From assembly GCF_009914755.1 (NCBI RefSeq), contig NC_060925.1: a DNA stretch of 64,000 nt; one strand, given 5' to 3'. Positions 26,960-40,720 of the stretch are shown one piece after another. This DNA is from the human T2T-CHM13v2.0 reference genome, Homo sapiens. The position numbers and the translations under genes are program-made. The notes beneath the pieces were generated by a model. It made no database searches and had not been told where the DNA came from. It saw only the letters and a list, made by a program, of their open reading frames with translations. Within the stretch, counting starts at the first letter, position 1; every line of letters begins with the position of its first letter.

Positions 26960-27510
26960 CTGCAACATTGAGTCCTTCCTACTTCCACAGTCATGGAACT
27001 TTTAGGTGAGCATGCCACTACCTGAAATAATGACTCCATTTTCCATGCTCCATTGCAACTAGGCATGGCCATGTGACTAAGCTCTGGACCTTGAGATGCA
27101 TATAGAATTGTAGTGTGGTAGCTCTGGGGGAGCCGTGATTAAAAGCTAGTGCTTATGTATACTTTGTTTTTCTCTTCATTTTTTCCTCTTGGAATATAAA
27201 TGCTACCATCTTGGAAAGTGAATGAATAAATTAAAAGAAGAAGCCTGGCTGGTCTATAGTTGCCAGATTTAGCAAATAAAAACACAAGATGACCAATAAA
27301 TACTTCATGGGACATACTGATGTTGAAATGTTACTCAATGTTTATGTGGAATTCAGATCTTACTGAGTATTCTGTGTTTTATCTGGCAGCCCTAAATGGA
27401 ACCCCACTATGGAATGCTATACCCACCCTAAGAAGTCTCCCAGGACTTTATACATGAGAGAACTAAACCACCATCATATTTTTCTGTCGCTTACAACCAA
27501 ATAGAATTCA
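26960..27510 (+). mobile_element. Old ERVL-type LTR (LTR16/LTR33-like) interrupted by MER53
   Basis: ttgcaactaggcatggccatgtgactaagctctgg motif; terminal ctgtcgcttacaaccaaa. Confidence 0.5.
27257..27394. mobile_element. MER53 MITE, internally deleted
   Basis: TIRs tagttgccagatttagcaaataaaaa ... ttttatctggcagcccta; internal atgggacatact. Confidence 0.8.
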
Positions 27511-28073
27511 ACAACTTCAAAGCAGAAAAAGAGGCCACCCTATGTCTTCTCATACTAAATCTCATGATTGTAACATGTTATCACAATGCCTCTTTGGTGA
27601 AATGACTATAGATCTGCCAAATTCTTCAGGGTCACCAGTAATTGCAATATGTTGTATTTCATATACTCTTTCATTTTTTAAAGAACTTTCATATGTTTGA
27701 GTTTCTTTACTATTTTCAATGATCTCACTTCTTAATTTTGCAGATGAAGTTTAGAGATTTGCCTAAGTTTATTTAACTAGTAAGCAGTTGGTGTGGGGCT
27801 TGAATTTGGAACTTCTAACTCTGAGTTTGCTGGTCTTCCTGCTAGTCCACAGCTTCCCCTCTTAAATTGGTAAATTCACTAGGAATAAAATGGCAGAGAA
27901 GGTGCCTCCTGTTGTAGGGATTTATTGGAAGAAAAGAAAGGCCATGCTCTGTCTCATACCTTCAGGTACCACAGGTGCAGCATCTGAGTCCCCTAAGGCT
28001 CATGGAGAATGAGTGTGCCAGGGAAATAATGGCTTTAGCTGGGAGGGACCAGCACCTTAATTCTCTCACACTA

Positions 28074-28475
<402 letters not shown>

Positions 28476-28537
28476 TTACCCTCCAGCAAGGAAGTCATGC
28501 ATCTATATAGAAGTTTGGATCAAAACTCTGGTTTTTC

Positions 28538-28879
<342 letters not shown>

Positions 28880-28959
28880 TTAGGGGTTCAGCAAACATTT
28901 GATTCAAATGTTGTTTTCATATTTATCTTAACCATGATATCTACGATATTAATTAGCAG

Positions 28960-29350
28960 GGGTAAATAATGCTAGCTGTTGTAACAAAGACCCCAAAATT
29001 AGTTGTTTAATACAAGACCAGTTTATTTCTTGCTATTCCAAACCTATTAAAGATGTTCCCGCCCTGCAGGTGGCCTGCTACATGGTCCTTCAGAAACCAA
29101 ACTCCTTCCATATTACAGCCCTGTCCTCCTCTAGATCCTCAGTCCTTTCCAGCGTGGTCCAGTTGTTGAGGAAAGGGTTGGAGGGTTGCCATGGGGGGTT
29201 TGCCGGTGCCAGGTCTGGAAGTGGTGCATGTCCGTTCTACTCATACTTCACTAGCTGGAGCTCAGACAAATGACCACAGGAAGGCTGGTAAATATGGTTG
29301 AGCTGTGAACCCAGAGAGAAAAGGAGCTGATTTTTGTTAAGGACACAGCT
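28960..29350 (-). mobile_element. Old MLT1 (J/K/L-like) LTR
   Basis: gctagctgttgtaacaaagaccccaaaa and ggaaggctggtaaatatggttgagctgtgaacccag motifs. Confidence 0.6.
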
Positions 29351-32300
29351 ATCTGTCTCTACTACAATTTTTAAAAATATCTTTTAACTTTTGGGGCACT
29401 ACAGCTTACTACTATGTTGCCAATGTTAATAACTTGTTTTGGTGCAGATTTTGGAATTAAGCTTCTTGTTTTATTTAGTTAAAGAATATCCTAAGGTTGA
29501 AAGAAAGGCTATTACAAAAACATCTGTTACCATTTACAGTGATTTATCTGTGGCAATCACTGTCATCCTTGACAAAAGTCATTGCAAAGACAACACCAAA
29601 ATAAATTATATTCTAAAACTGATGTATGTTTATAAGTCATCCATAAACTCAGATCTCATTCATCTAAAAACACTTCCTTGTTCTCAGTGACTGACTTTAT
29701 AATATTTAACAGAAATGTGAACTTATAAAATAAACTTATATTAATAGAATATTTTTATCTGTTCTGGATATATTGAGGTTGCCTATAAGGTTTATCTTGA
29801 AAAGGGTTCCACTGCTTAACAAATTTAAAACAGTGATACTAAAGTCTCTTCTAGCTCTAACATTTATAATGCTTTCTATTTTTATATGCCATTGAAAGAA
29901 AGACTAACTCCTGATTGCATATAAATGGTGCAATGCAAGTTAAGTTATTTTCCTTAGTAGAAAAGTTAAGTTGCACTGGGAAAACTGTTGCATAATGTGC
30001 TTCCCCAACCTGTAACTTAAATCACTTAAATACATTATTTTAGAAATTCTCAGAGACTTGAAATCTTCTGAGGTGTCTACCAACTGATAATCCATGCAAA
30101 TAATTTCCACAGCTTGTTTGATATTTGCAAGTGAAACACACTTTTGCTTGTTCGTAACTAAGCTCATCTCTCCTGCATTAACTATAATGTCAAGTTTGGG
30201 GGGGGGGGCGGCTCTTTAATTAAAGAGCCCCAGACCTTTCAAGGATCAGCATTGATTGTCTTCTGCTTCAGATCCCTTCTTGATTAGGTTTAAATGTCCT
30301 TTTTGGTAACTATGGGCTCCTTTGTTGCTCCTTTAAAGGAGTAGCCCCCTGCCTACCTCACTCAGAGGCTGGTTTGGGCCTGAAATATATAACCAGACAA
30401 TCCTGCTATGTATCTGATATTGCGGAGGCTAGAGGTGCTGTGGGTTTTGTTTTCAAGGTTGCAGATGGAGTTGAAGGTCATAATGCCTTTTCCCATGACT
30501 GCTGGCAGCAGCTGCAGGGTTACTAAGGGAATAGCCACAGACCACAGTGTGATGAGAGGAATAAACTCAGGTGACTCTGCCTGTCTGGCTTGTATAAAGT
30601 CTTACAGTCCTGCCTTCATTGGGGAGTCCTTGCATAGGGCCAGCCAGGCTCCTGGAACCATCACTGCCCTCTACTGGATCAGCATAGGAGTCCTTGAAGC
30701 CCAGTGGGTCCTTCTGATGAAATGGGTGTTAGCCTTTGAGCTCTGAGGAAGTGGTGACCACAGAATTTATCCTCAGTTCACCTCATGCACTTAGCCAGTG
30801 ACAATGGTTTGCTTGGTTTGACATCTGCTTGTACTGAAACTAGTCATATCTGTGAGATCTGTCAGATGCGGGTTCTATTCAATTTGGTACACTTGTACAG
30901 AAAATACCATTTTGGGTTTGAAAGCAGATACATTTAGATCAGAGACATGAAAAGACAAAATGGCTTTAGAATGCTGAAAAAGGCCTTGGCAACTCTGAAA
31001 TGGTGTTTTCATTTAAGGCTAATTTGTATGTCAAAGCAGATTCAGGAAAGTCCATTTGAGAAAATCCCCTTAGAAGTGACTATTATTTCTATTATGGTTA
31101 GTCTTTAATGTGCAGAACACTGTGGAGCTGGGACAGTGAGACTTGGCGGCCCATTTACTTTAGCCACCAAATGTGACTTTTTTTGTGCCCAGAATCACTT
31201 CTGTTACTTTTCCCAGAATTTCTCATCCCCTTCTACTTATTTTCAGTCTTTTTTTTGACCCACGCCTCTATTTTATTTTTCATCCAACCCTCTGCAATGA
31301 ATGACAAAAATGGAATACTGAAGGAGAAAATAACTTAAAGCTATGAAATACATGTTTGATCTACATGTTCCTTGGAGAAAGTGTGGAACATTCAGACAAG
31401 AATAAAGAGGAAGGTTAGATCACCCCGATTGCTCTCTGCACCCATCCTTCTCCACCTTGCTGAGTGCCTGGGGAAGCTGAGCTCCATCCAAAGGCCCCCT
31501 TGCCTTCGGACTTCTGCTGGAGTTTTGCCTGTGTGAGTGAAGTTGGGCCTGACTTCCTTCCTGTGGGGTTGCAGCTGGCTGTCTGTGTGCCTTGACTGAA
31601 GGGCACAGCTCTGTCCAGCAGCCCTCTCTCTAAAGGTTCAGGAAACCACTCCTTCCTCCAACCCCTTCTGGCCTAGGCTGCTAATGGGGCTGACCCTAGG
31701 AACTCGTACCATTCTTCACTCATACCTCACATATAGTCCCTTAAGACACTCTCCTCAAATTACCCAGTATACGAGTTTTATCAGTTTTCTGCTGAAACCC
31801 AGGATGGTCCAATCATAATCCCTACTTAGAGATAAATATGGGTAATCATGTTGGAGTATCTCCTTAGCTACCTTTATTTATTATCCTGTGGGATCAGATT
31901 AAATCATGAGTTAGAGATGTAGCCTAATTCTGTGTGTACATCTTTATATCTTACCTTATATCTTACCCCTCCCACATGTAATTACTTATGAGAGTGACCC
32001 CCTATTGTTAAAATCTTCCCTATCTCAAATAATGAACTTTATTGACTACTTTTTGTTTCACTATATGGATAGAACTGAATTTATTTTGGGACTCAAGAGC
32101 ACCTCTGTGATCTACCTTCTGAATCCCCTCAAACTTAGTGGCTTATGTATTTATCTGCTGGTTCAACTTTGTAAGACAGAGGGTTTGACTGGCTCAGTGT
32201 GTCACACACCCCCTCTGGGGTACCCCTACTGGACAAAAGCTCAAGCTGGGTTACCTCGTGGACAATTGAGCCTCTTTATGTTCAGCCTTCACTAACCTCA

Positions 32301-32504
32301 GTGGTTAAGTGACTTCTCCTAGTTCCCATCCTAGTAAATTGCAGAGCTGGAACTTGAACTCATGACTGCTGTCTCTAAACCCAGGGCTTATCTACTCCAA
32401 AATGTATTTGCCAACAATGTAAAACTCAATCTCTACATCTAACCACAGAAACCACAGTTGTAAGTCACAGAAGAATCTCAATTTTTTAAAAACGTGTGTG
32501 GTTC

Positions 32505-33005
32505 CAAAGAAATGGGCTATCAAGCCACAAAAAGACCTGGAGAAAACGTCAGTGCATATCACCAAAAAGAACTCCACTTGCGAAGTCTACACACTGTAGG
32601 TTTCCAACTATATGACATTCCAGAAATGGCAAAACTCTGGAGACAGTAAAATGATCAGTGGTTGCCAGGGGGAGGAAGAAGAGATGAATAGGTGGAGCAC
32701 AGAGGATTTTTAGGATGGTGAAACTACTCTGTATGATACTGTAATGGTGCATACATGTCATTATACATTAGCAAAAATTCACAGAATGTGCACCTCTAAG
32801 AGTGAACCCTAATATAAACTATAGTCTTTCGGTGATAATGATGTGTCAATGTAGGTTCATAATTGTCACAACTGTACCACTCTGGTGGGGGATATTGACA
32901 ATGGGGAGGCTGTGCATATGTGGGGAAGGGGGTACCTCTGTACCTTCTGGGAATCTCTGTACCTTCTGCTCAATTTTGCTGTCAACCTAAAACTGCTCTG
33001 AAAAC
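32505..33005 (+). mobile_element. L1MC1/2-like 3' UTR fragment
   Basis: ggcaaaactctggagacagtaaaatgatcagtggttgccaggg and aagagtgaaccctaatataaactat...gatgtgtcaatgtaggttcat. Confidence 0.8.
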
Positions 33006-34284
33006 TAAGATTTCTTCCTTTTAAAAAAATGTGTAGTTCCTTTTAAATTGGTATCCTATTAATTTCCATTGCCAACAGATTTACTGTGTTTAACTCTAGT
33101 TTTCATTTAAGAAAAATGACTGACTTTTTTATCACAAATGTCTGCAATAAATTGACATTCCCATCACAGGGGCTTTCTCACTGGAAACCTATTTTCCTAT
33201 TGTTATTTTAAAGCAGTGTCAGCATCCATCTCCTACATTCAGATAATGTGGACACATAATCAATTACCAAACATATTTAATTCAGAGGCCTACTGAAGCG
33301 TTTCACACTTGAATCTTGTAGTGAAGATATTTACGAGATTGTTTTTATTTAAAGCCCTAGAGATTTAGAGGAATAAACTAGAAGCTTAACTTGAGACTTT
33401 CAAAATCCTGAGATCTATCCAGGCATCCATCATACATGACAGAATGATTATACCACCCCCAGAACTAGGTGCTCGATGACGCACTGAGTTAATCTCTTTC
33501 TATTCCAATGTATACTACATATATCTTTTATTCAATATATTGAGTACAGAAACTTAAAGCTCAGAACTTTGACATTCTCATGCATTAATTTCTTTTTGTT
33601 TAAACAACATAAAGAGATAGTCTTCATTAGAGAGGATCATAATGGACATATGTGGATAGGTTTTCCTGTTGGTTGCTCAAAAAGTAAATAGCAAAAATAT
33701 GTGTCTCTATGTAAACATATTTTCTGAAATTGGGTCAAAAGGATCAATAACTAGTTTGTGGTGTGTGAGTCCTGTGGACGATGTGTGTACTGACCATTCA
33801 TGCTTCCAGAGCTTCCTTTCTGTTGATCAGGGATTACGGGAATGATGTTTTAGAAATTTGGTCACCTGGTTTGTAAAGTAAGGTCTTCCTGGGCAGAGTT
33901 TTGCTTTTCCCTTTGTCTTCTGAGGTAGATTTATAGGCAGCTCTTGTTATTTACACTAAAGGAAGGAGGAGAGAGAGAGATTTTATAAAATTGGATAATC
34001 CTAAAATCATTTGGGGGGTGTTAGAATTCATAGTTTATTTTTTAGATAACAGATATGTTTCCTTAATTCATTTTCTTTGGACTAATTTTAGACATTTATT
34101 CCTATTACTTGAACACACAGTGGTAAAAGGCAGCAGAGGCATTTCTGAAGCATGAAGGATCATGGGGGAAAAGAATGAGATTAAAATTTTGCTATGGATA
34201 TTGCCATGTTGTTCTTACACAGTTAAATAACTTAATTCTGTGAAATTTGCTTACAGTGTTGTCTTTTAAGAAGTTATGTACTGT

Positions 34285-34530
34285 AAAATATATATGCATA
34301 TGTAAATTTCGTTTATGTATATTTCTGTAAACATATTTTTATTCCTTTATATATAATATACTTATCTATTATATTCCTGTATATTTTATTATATGCATAT
34401 CAAAATATATAATTAATAATATGTTATATATAATTAATAATATATGTTATATAACATATAATTGTTATAGTCCTTCATATGTTATTATTATATGAGCTTT
34501 ATAATAATATATAAAGGAATAAAATAAATA
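34285..34530. repeat. AT-rich low-complexity (TA)n-derived tract
   Basis: Degenerate atataattaataatat repeats. Confidence 0.8.
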
Positions 34531-34580
34531 AGGTTCTGGTTCTGCCATTGATTTACTGCATGATCAGTGTGGGCTGGGAG

Positions 34581-34660
34581 TAGGGTGACCAACCATCCCT
34601 CCTTTGCCTAGGACTGAGAAGTTTCCAGGGATGTGGGACTTCCAGTTTTAAAGCCAGGGT
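34581..34660. mobile_element. MER94-like hAT fragment
   Basis: tagggtgaccaaccatccc...gggacttccagttttaaagccaggg. Confidence 0.6.
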
Positions 34661-37600
34661 GAGCTGTTCAGCTGAGCTCAAGGGAGTAGCCATGGACCAG
34701 GCAGGGGTGAGTTTTTTTGGTGGCCCAAGCCAAGTGTATATTGCAAAAATATAGTGAGCAAAATAGTGGGTCAAGAAAAGGGTCAGAGGAGAGTTAAGGA
34801 GCAAAGCTGAAGTTCACAGCCACCCAAAGTTTTAGACAATGAAGAGTGTTTCTGCAAGGAGCCAAATGAAATTAGAACAAGCTGGGCCCATTCTAGGTGA
34901 ATAATGAGGTATGGTTCTCCCAAGAGTTCTAGAATAGTCAGTTGGCTACTGTAAGGGTCTTCTCATTCCGTTCCCTCTGCTGCAGGGACCACCTGCTCCA
35001 GGACTTACAGAGCCAATAGAGAAAGTCAGCACTTTCCTTCAGGGAAGTAGATTATTTTCATCGTATGCAAGGGATAAAGTAAACATTGGGGTTTAACAAT
35101 GAACTTTTGTTTCTTATTTTCATTTTTGAAAAGTACTGAGTATTTAATCTTATGAGTATATAGGAAAATTGGGTGGTATTACATGACACTCCAAAATGCT
35201 TTCCCTAAAAGTTACCCTCCCATGGATGAGAGTGGTCTGATGGATAGTGGTGGTCTGTGATTTTACCCTACTCTTTCTCTATGAGAAGAGAGGCTCAAGT
35301 TTCCTTCTGGATCTAAATGGGTAGAATATGTGTCCAGCCCCTACGGGGTATATTGCCTCTCTCCATCCTCTGGCAGGAGAGGTGCTACTCTGCACCGTGG
35401 TATATTTACTTAGTGTACTATATACGTTAACAAATTTAAAAATGTATAAAGTGGAGATTTATGAATACAGAGAAAATAGGGGTAGGGAAAGAATGGTAAA
35501 TCTAGAAGTGAATCCACAAAATGCATGCTGAGAGGTTCTGTATGGTGGATGGGCAAGGGCCCCCAGTTGGCTTTGTGCCTAGAGAAAAACATGGTCCAAT
35601 AAGTGAATCAGTGTCCATAAGATACAACAAGCCAGTGCCAGAAGACAAGCTCAATGCTTCTTTGTATGAAGGCAAGAGGGAAGTTTTTCCAGTGGGTTTT
35701 CCTAAGGAGGATACTTCGAAATGTAATGAGCCACATTCTCAATAGTATCTTGACAGGCATTTCATAGAAGTGCTTCCTATAATGTTCCTCAGATAAAGGC
35801 TGATGGCATAAATTCACAGCTCAATTCAATAAAAATTCCTATCTTAAATTCTTTACAGAACAAAGTAAGGTATGAATATACACATTTTTAAAAGTCATCA
35901 AAAGATGGCAAGAACTAAATGAGACAGTCTAGGTATGAAAATCTCTGCTGGCCTGGAACCACCCAAAGACAGATTTTAGAGTATGCAGTGGAATGTCTGG
36001 ATTTTCAATCCTTCAGGCAATTCTCCGTAATGGTGTTTCTAAAACAAGCTTTTGAAGTATTGAAAGCAATGAGTTTGATGGGATCCTGCCTGACACATAC
36101 CTCCTGGAATTCACTCTGCCGTGTGGCTGATTATGTCCGGAACCCATTGATAATTCCTCATGTCAACGTTGGGAATGCAAGCACAGACAACACCTAAACA
36201 GAGGCCAGCCTGCCTTTTCTTGGAGGTGGGCCAAGGAATGGTTATGGGAGCGTGAAAGCTCTTCTCACAATTCTAGTTCTTCCCCAGTGCATGGAGTAAT
36301 GGAAGGGCCCCAGCATTCTATACCTGTAGAACATTATGGTAAGAATTGAAGTATGCGACAAAAGTTAAACTCTTTTTGAGTTCTCTTGGTCCATGGGGAG
36401 CTGAGGTTCTTTTTTGACCGGGCCTCAGATACATCTCTTTGGCTTCATTTTAACACTGTTCTCAAAATCACCTCAGAATGGTACCTGGCACCTCCGTTTA
36501 ACTCACTCCTTGGTTCTACTTTGGTTGCTCTATGACTGTCCCACCTCCCTCACCCCCCTCCCCCACCCCCCATGCTCTGAGCAGCTTGGCCTATGTTTTC
36601 CCTTTATCTCTCTCTTTGTTTTCTTTCTTTTGGCCCACCCTCCCTCCTCCCCTCTCTTCTTTCCTTCCTTCCTTCTTATGCCTGCCTTTCCCCTGCCATA
36701 ATTCATACCTAACCTCACAGGCTCTTTCAGAGCTGTTAAGTAAAATTCTATAAGTAAAAACGCTCTGTATAATTTTTTTTCACCTGCTGCTCAACCTACC
36801 TGGTGACCCAGAGCTCCAATTTCTCATAAGAATTGCCACTACCTCTCTTGATTAAATTTTCAGGTTCATATTTTTGCACAATTGTTTTTTATAAACATGC
36901 ATGAACACAAATAGGATTATTTATGTGATTTATTTCAGTCAAATTACTCTGATTCCAACCAATCTGAAGACATCTCCAACTTAACCATGGTTTTGGACAT
37001 GATGCGGTGGGGGGGACAGTAAACCATGTTTTTTATTATATCCTGTCTTTGACAGATATTAGGAGACTAGACCAGTATGGAGTGAGATGACATTGTTAGT
37101 GATTTTTTCTTGGGATGCTTATCACATTGTACAGAATCTCATGTTGATCTTTCTAATTTTTTTTGTAATCCATGCAAGCTGTATATTTCCTTGTAAAAAA
37201 TTGATATTTGGGAAAATATTTTTACCCTGAGAAGTTCCCAGAAATAGAGATTTTCTGAATCTTATGAGCTATGAGACATTTAACCAAAGAAAATTTTCAA
37301 AAACTATTTTAAATGGATGCTCCATATATATTGTGCTTAATTTTGTCAAGAGACATAGTCTTAGGAGCACTTTTGACAAAATATCTGCTGTTCTGTTGAT
37401 AACCTTGAAGCTGACCTCTTTCCCATTAAAGAATTAACATTTGGAATTTTTATATGAATGAATAAAACTGCAATGTCACCTTCCATTTAAGCAATATTTT
37501 TCACTTCTTTGGCATTTCTAGCCAGTCTTTTTTTTTAATTTGTGTCCTTGAGGTAGTCATTCATTTTGGATCTTAAATATCAAGCTTTCAGCATTTGTCC

Positions 37601-38492
37601 TTTTAGAGACTGTGTCATGAGGCTGAACTCTAATACTTGAAAATGATTAGAGTTTGCCACTTTACAACCGTTCTGATAGTTCATCACCTGCTTGGATTTC
37701 AGCTTACTCTGTAAATTCAGGTACTTAATACCTGACTCTGAATAAAAATATTTTGAAGTGTTTTAGCAACCAAACAAACCATGCAATGAGAAAGAGGTGC
37801 AGACGACTCGCTTGTGGTTATGGTTGTCAAGGAAACCATTTCCGTATATAGTGTTTGATAACAGCCATGTTTTTTTAAAGGCCATAAAAACAAAGCTTGT
37901 CCAGAAGTATGAAGAAGAAAGCATACAATGAAAGAAGCCACAGCCAACTAGAAGTTATGAGAATGCATTAGATGCAAAATGCTAGATATCAATTGATGAG
38001 ATGTTTTACAACATAGAAATTAAACTCAAGAGGGATAACATGTTGAAAAGTGTGGCAGAATGGGGGTGGCAGCAAAATGCCCTTGTTGAGGCAAGGTCAA
38101 AGTCTCACTATGTTCTCAAAATATACTGTGTGCATTTTTAGAGAAATTGTTTAATTAAACAAACAGCTTCATCTTTGCCATACACAAACTCGTGGAATGG
38201 AATTTAAACAGCTTTGATAACATAATCAGTGAGAGGCTTGAATATATTGCCCAGCAATAGACTAGATTGCTAGAGCTACACAAGCTGCAGGAAATGGAGA
38301 GCTTATTTGGGGGTTTTGTCTAGTTTATGCTACGTTTTGCTTTAAAAGAGAAATGAACTGTAGTGCATAGTGATGCTGAAGATCTTTATGGAGGAAAAAA
38401 GATACTAAGATGTTGATTATGGATAAAGTCTATTTTGAAAGCTCTTTCTCAAGGTCTATACATATAGAGCAAAACCCCAAGGAGGAAAAGAT

Positions 38493-38838
38493 GGCTGGGT
38501 ATGGTGACTTATGCCTGTAATCCCATCACTTGGGGAGGCTGAGGCAGCAGATCACTTGAGGTCAGGATCTCAAGACCAGCCTGGACAACATGTGAAACCC
38601 TGTCTCTATTAAAAAAAAAAATAGCTGGGCATGATGGTGCATGCCTATAATCCTAGCTACTCAGGAGGCTGAGGCAGGAGAATCACTTGAACCTAGGAGG
38701 CGGAGTTTTCAGTGAGCCGAGACCGTGCCATTGCACTCCAGCACTCCAGCCTGGGCAACAGAGTGAGACTCTGCCTCAAAAAAAAAAAAAAAAAAAAAAA
38801 AAGAAAGAAAGAAAAGAAAAGAAAAAAGAAGAAAAAAT
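38493..38838 (+). mobile_element. Alu (J/S) with long A/GA-rich tail
   Basis: Complete dimer with a small internal duplication (gcactccagcactccagc); ~60-nt tail. Confidence 0.93.
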
Positions 38839-39754
38839 GATGTTGGTTTGACATTACAGATTTTTATTCTAAAATATGGTTTCCCATTCATAAAATGTGA
38901 AACATAAAGTATGAAAGACGTGGCAAAAGTGGAACTGTAAGGTGCATGATTCTATAGAGAAAAGGGGTAAATTGAGCCTAGTCTGAAACTATCCAACCTA
39001 CAAAAAAAGAACATGTGGTTTAAAAGATACATGATTTGACATGTTGGAAGCCAGATGAAAGTCCAATGAAAAGACATAATTTCTGAATAGATTCTAATGT
39101 CTAAAAGAAATGATTTCATTCTTGCTCGAGCAATTTTTTCTTATTTCATAAACTATTAGGGTAATTATTTATGTAAGCAGAAAAATTGATTTTGTACTTC
39201 TCCCTTCCTTTTTCTTTAATATGTACACATAACTGCAGCATATGACATAGTAAAATTTTCACATTTGTTTCTTTACAATTTACCACAAAGGAAATGTCGT
39301 TTGGGCAACTTATGATGTGCAAAGATAGAGCCAACTCACTACTGCCTGTTGCCTCACACTTAAGTATCATTTATTTCTAAAGATCATGAAATGCTTATTT
39401 CATCCTAATGCCTCTTTCACATTATTCCATCAGTATTTTAATATAGAATAACAAAAGCAAAACAGAATTAATATATTTTAAGGGCAAGACGACTGACCTC
39501 AGGATGACTGATTCTCTTTTATGAGAATGCTGTAAGAAAGTAAGTGGGAAATGAATCAGAGGAGGAGAACAAGACATCACAGAATGTCCTCAGATCCCTG
39601 TGGCATTTTAGTCTGTACAAAAAAGACCTAACCCAGTGCTTCACATCTAGGTGTTTAATTTTTCCCCTTCCATTACCTCCCAGACCTTGCAATCATAATT
39701 TTCAGATTTTTTACTTTCTGTCTCTTAAAGCTTCCATTTTCTAATTAGTCAGTC

Positions 39755-39960
39755 TAAAAGCATGAGAATGACCAAAATGGTGAAAAGTCTGGAAATCATA
39801 TTATATGAAAAGGGGAGCATGCATTTGAAGAACTGCCACATAGAAAAGGAATTTCACTTTTTCCGTGTGACTTTCATAGAACCAACTATGACCAGTGGGC
39901 AGTAGGTATATCATAGTAGATATTCAAGTCCTCAGAGTTGCTAAAAATAGACTCAGCTGC
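39755..39960 (+). mobile_element. L3/CR1 LINE fragment
   Basis: gaatgaccaaaatggtgaaaagtctggaaatcatattatatga and tttgaagaactgccacatagaaaagg match the L3 3' ORF region. Confidence 0.6.
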
Positions 39961-40019
39961 TTTAAGACATAGAAAACTAGCCATTTTTTGAGGGGGCCTT
40001 TTAGGATTTTCACTGCATC

Positions 40020-40720
40020 AACTATCTCCAATGGCACGTTCCCTTAGGCTGGACATTCTCATGTCTCTTCCTTTAATCCAAGCTCTTCTCCTAATCTCCT
40101 TACTACCTAAGTGTGAAATAGGCACCAAGTCCTATGGATTTGATCCCCTTACTGTCTCTTGAGCCTGTCCTCTTCCTTCCATCCTACTGCCACTCCATCA
40201 TAGTTCCTGTCTCCTTGAAATGTGAGCTTCCTGAGGGCATGAGTTGTCTTATTTTTTATACCTAGTTAGCTAGCACGATAGCTGGTTACTCAGTAAATAC
40301 ATACTGAATATGTGACTTTCAACAATTTACTTTGAAATCATTTGGTTTGAGTGGCAGCCTGGTCTATTCATTCAATAAACATTTTTTGAGCATCTACTAC
40401 GTGCAGTGGAGGATATCTGGACGAATAAGACAAAGTGATTTCCCCCTCAAGCTCATAGTCTAGTTGGAAGAAAAATATGTAAACGAAAATGGATTTGGCT
40501 CAGGCAATGTTATGAAAATAAATAAATACCTGATCGACTTAATTGAAGTTACAGCCTATCAGATTTCTACCATTTGGCAGGAGTTCTGCAGCCAGATCCA
40601 CCAGGTGTTCTTTGAGAGGCCAAGGAGAGGGCTGGGTATCATAGGGCTAAAGGGATTGCCTTCTGGAGATGTGAGAGGACGTCCATACGTGAATGAGTGA
40701 GCCAGGCAAGATCACGAGGA
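40020..40720. mobile_element. Two L2 3' fragments in tail-to-tail orientation (+ ~40020-40310; - ~40365-40720)
   Basis: aatgtgagcttcctgagggca...ctcagtaaata on +; ttcattcaataaacatttttgagcatctactacgtgc on -. Confidence 0.65.

Noticed and set aside
27257-27394. MER53-derived miR-1302-like hairpin (atgggacatactgatgttgaaa present)
   Set aside because: The complementary inner arm is deleted in this copy, so the pre-miRNA stem cannot form.
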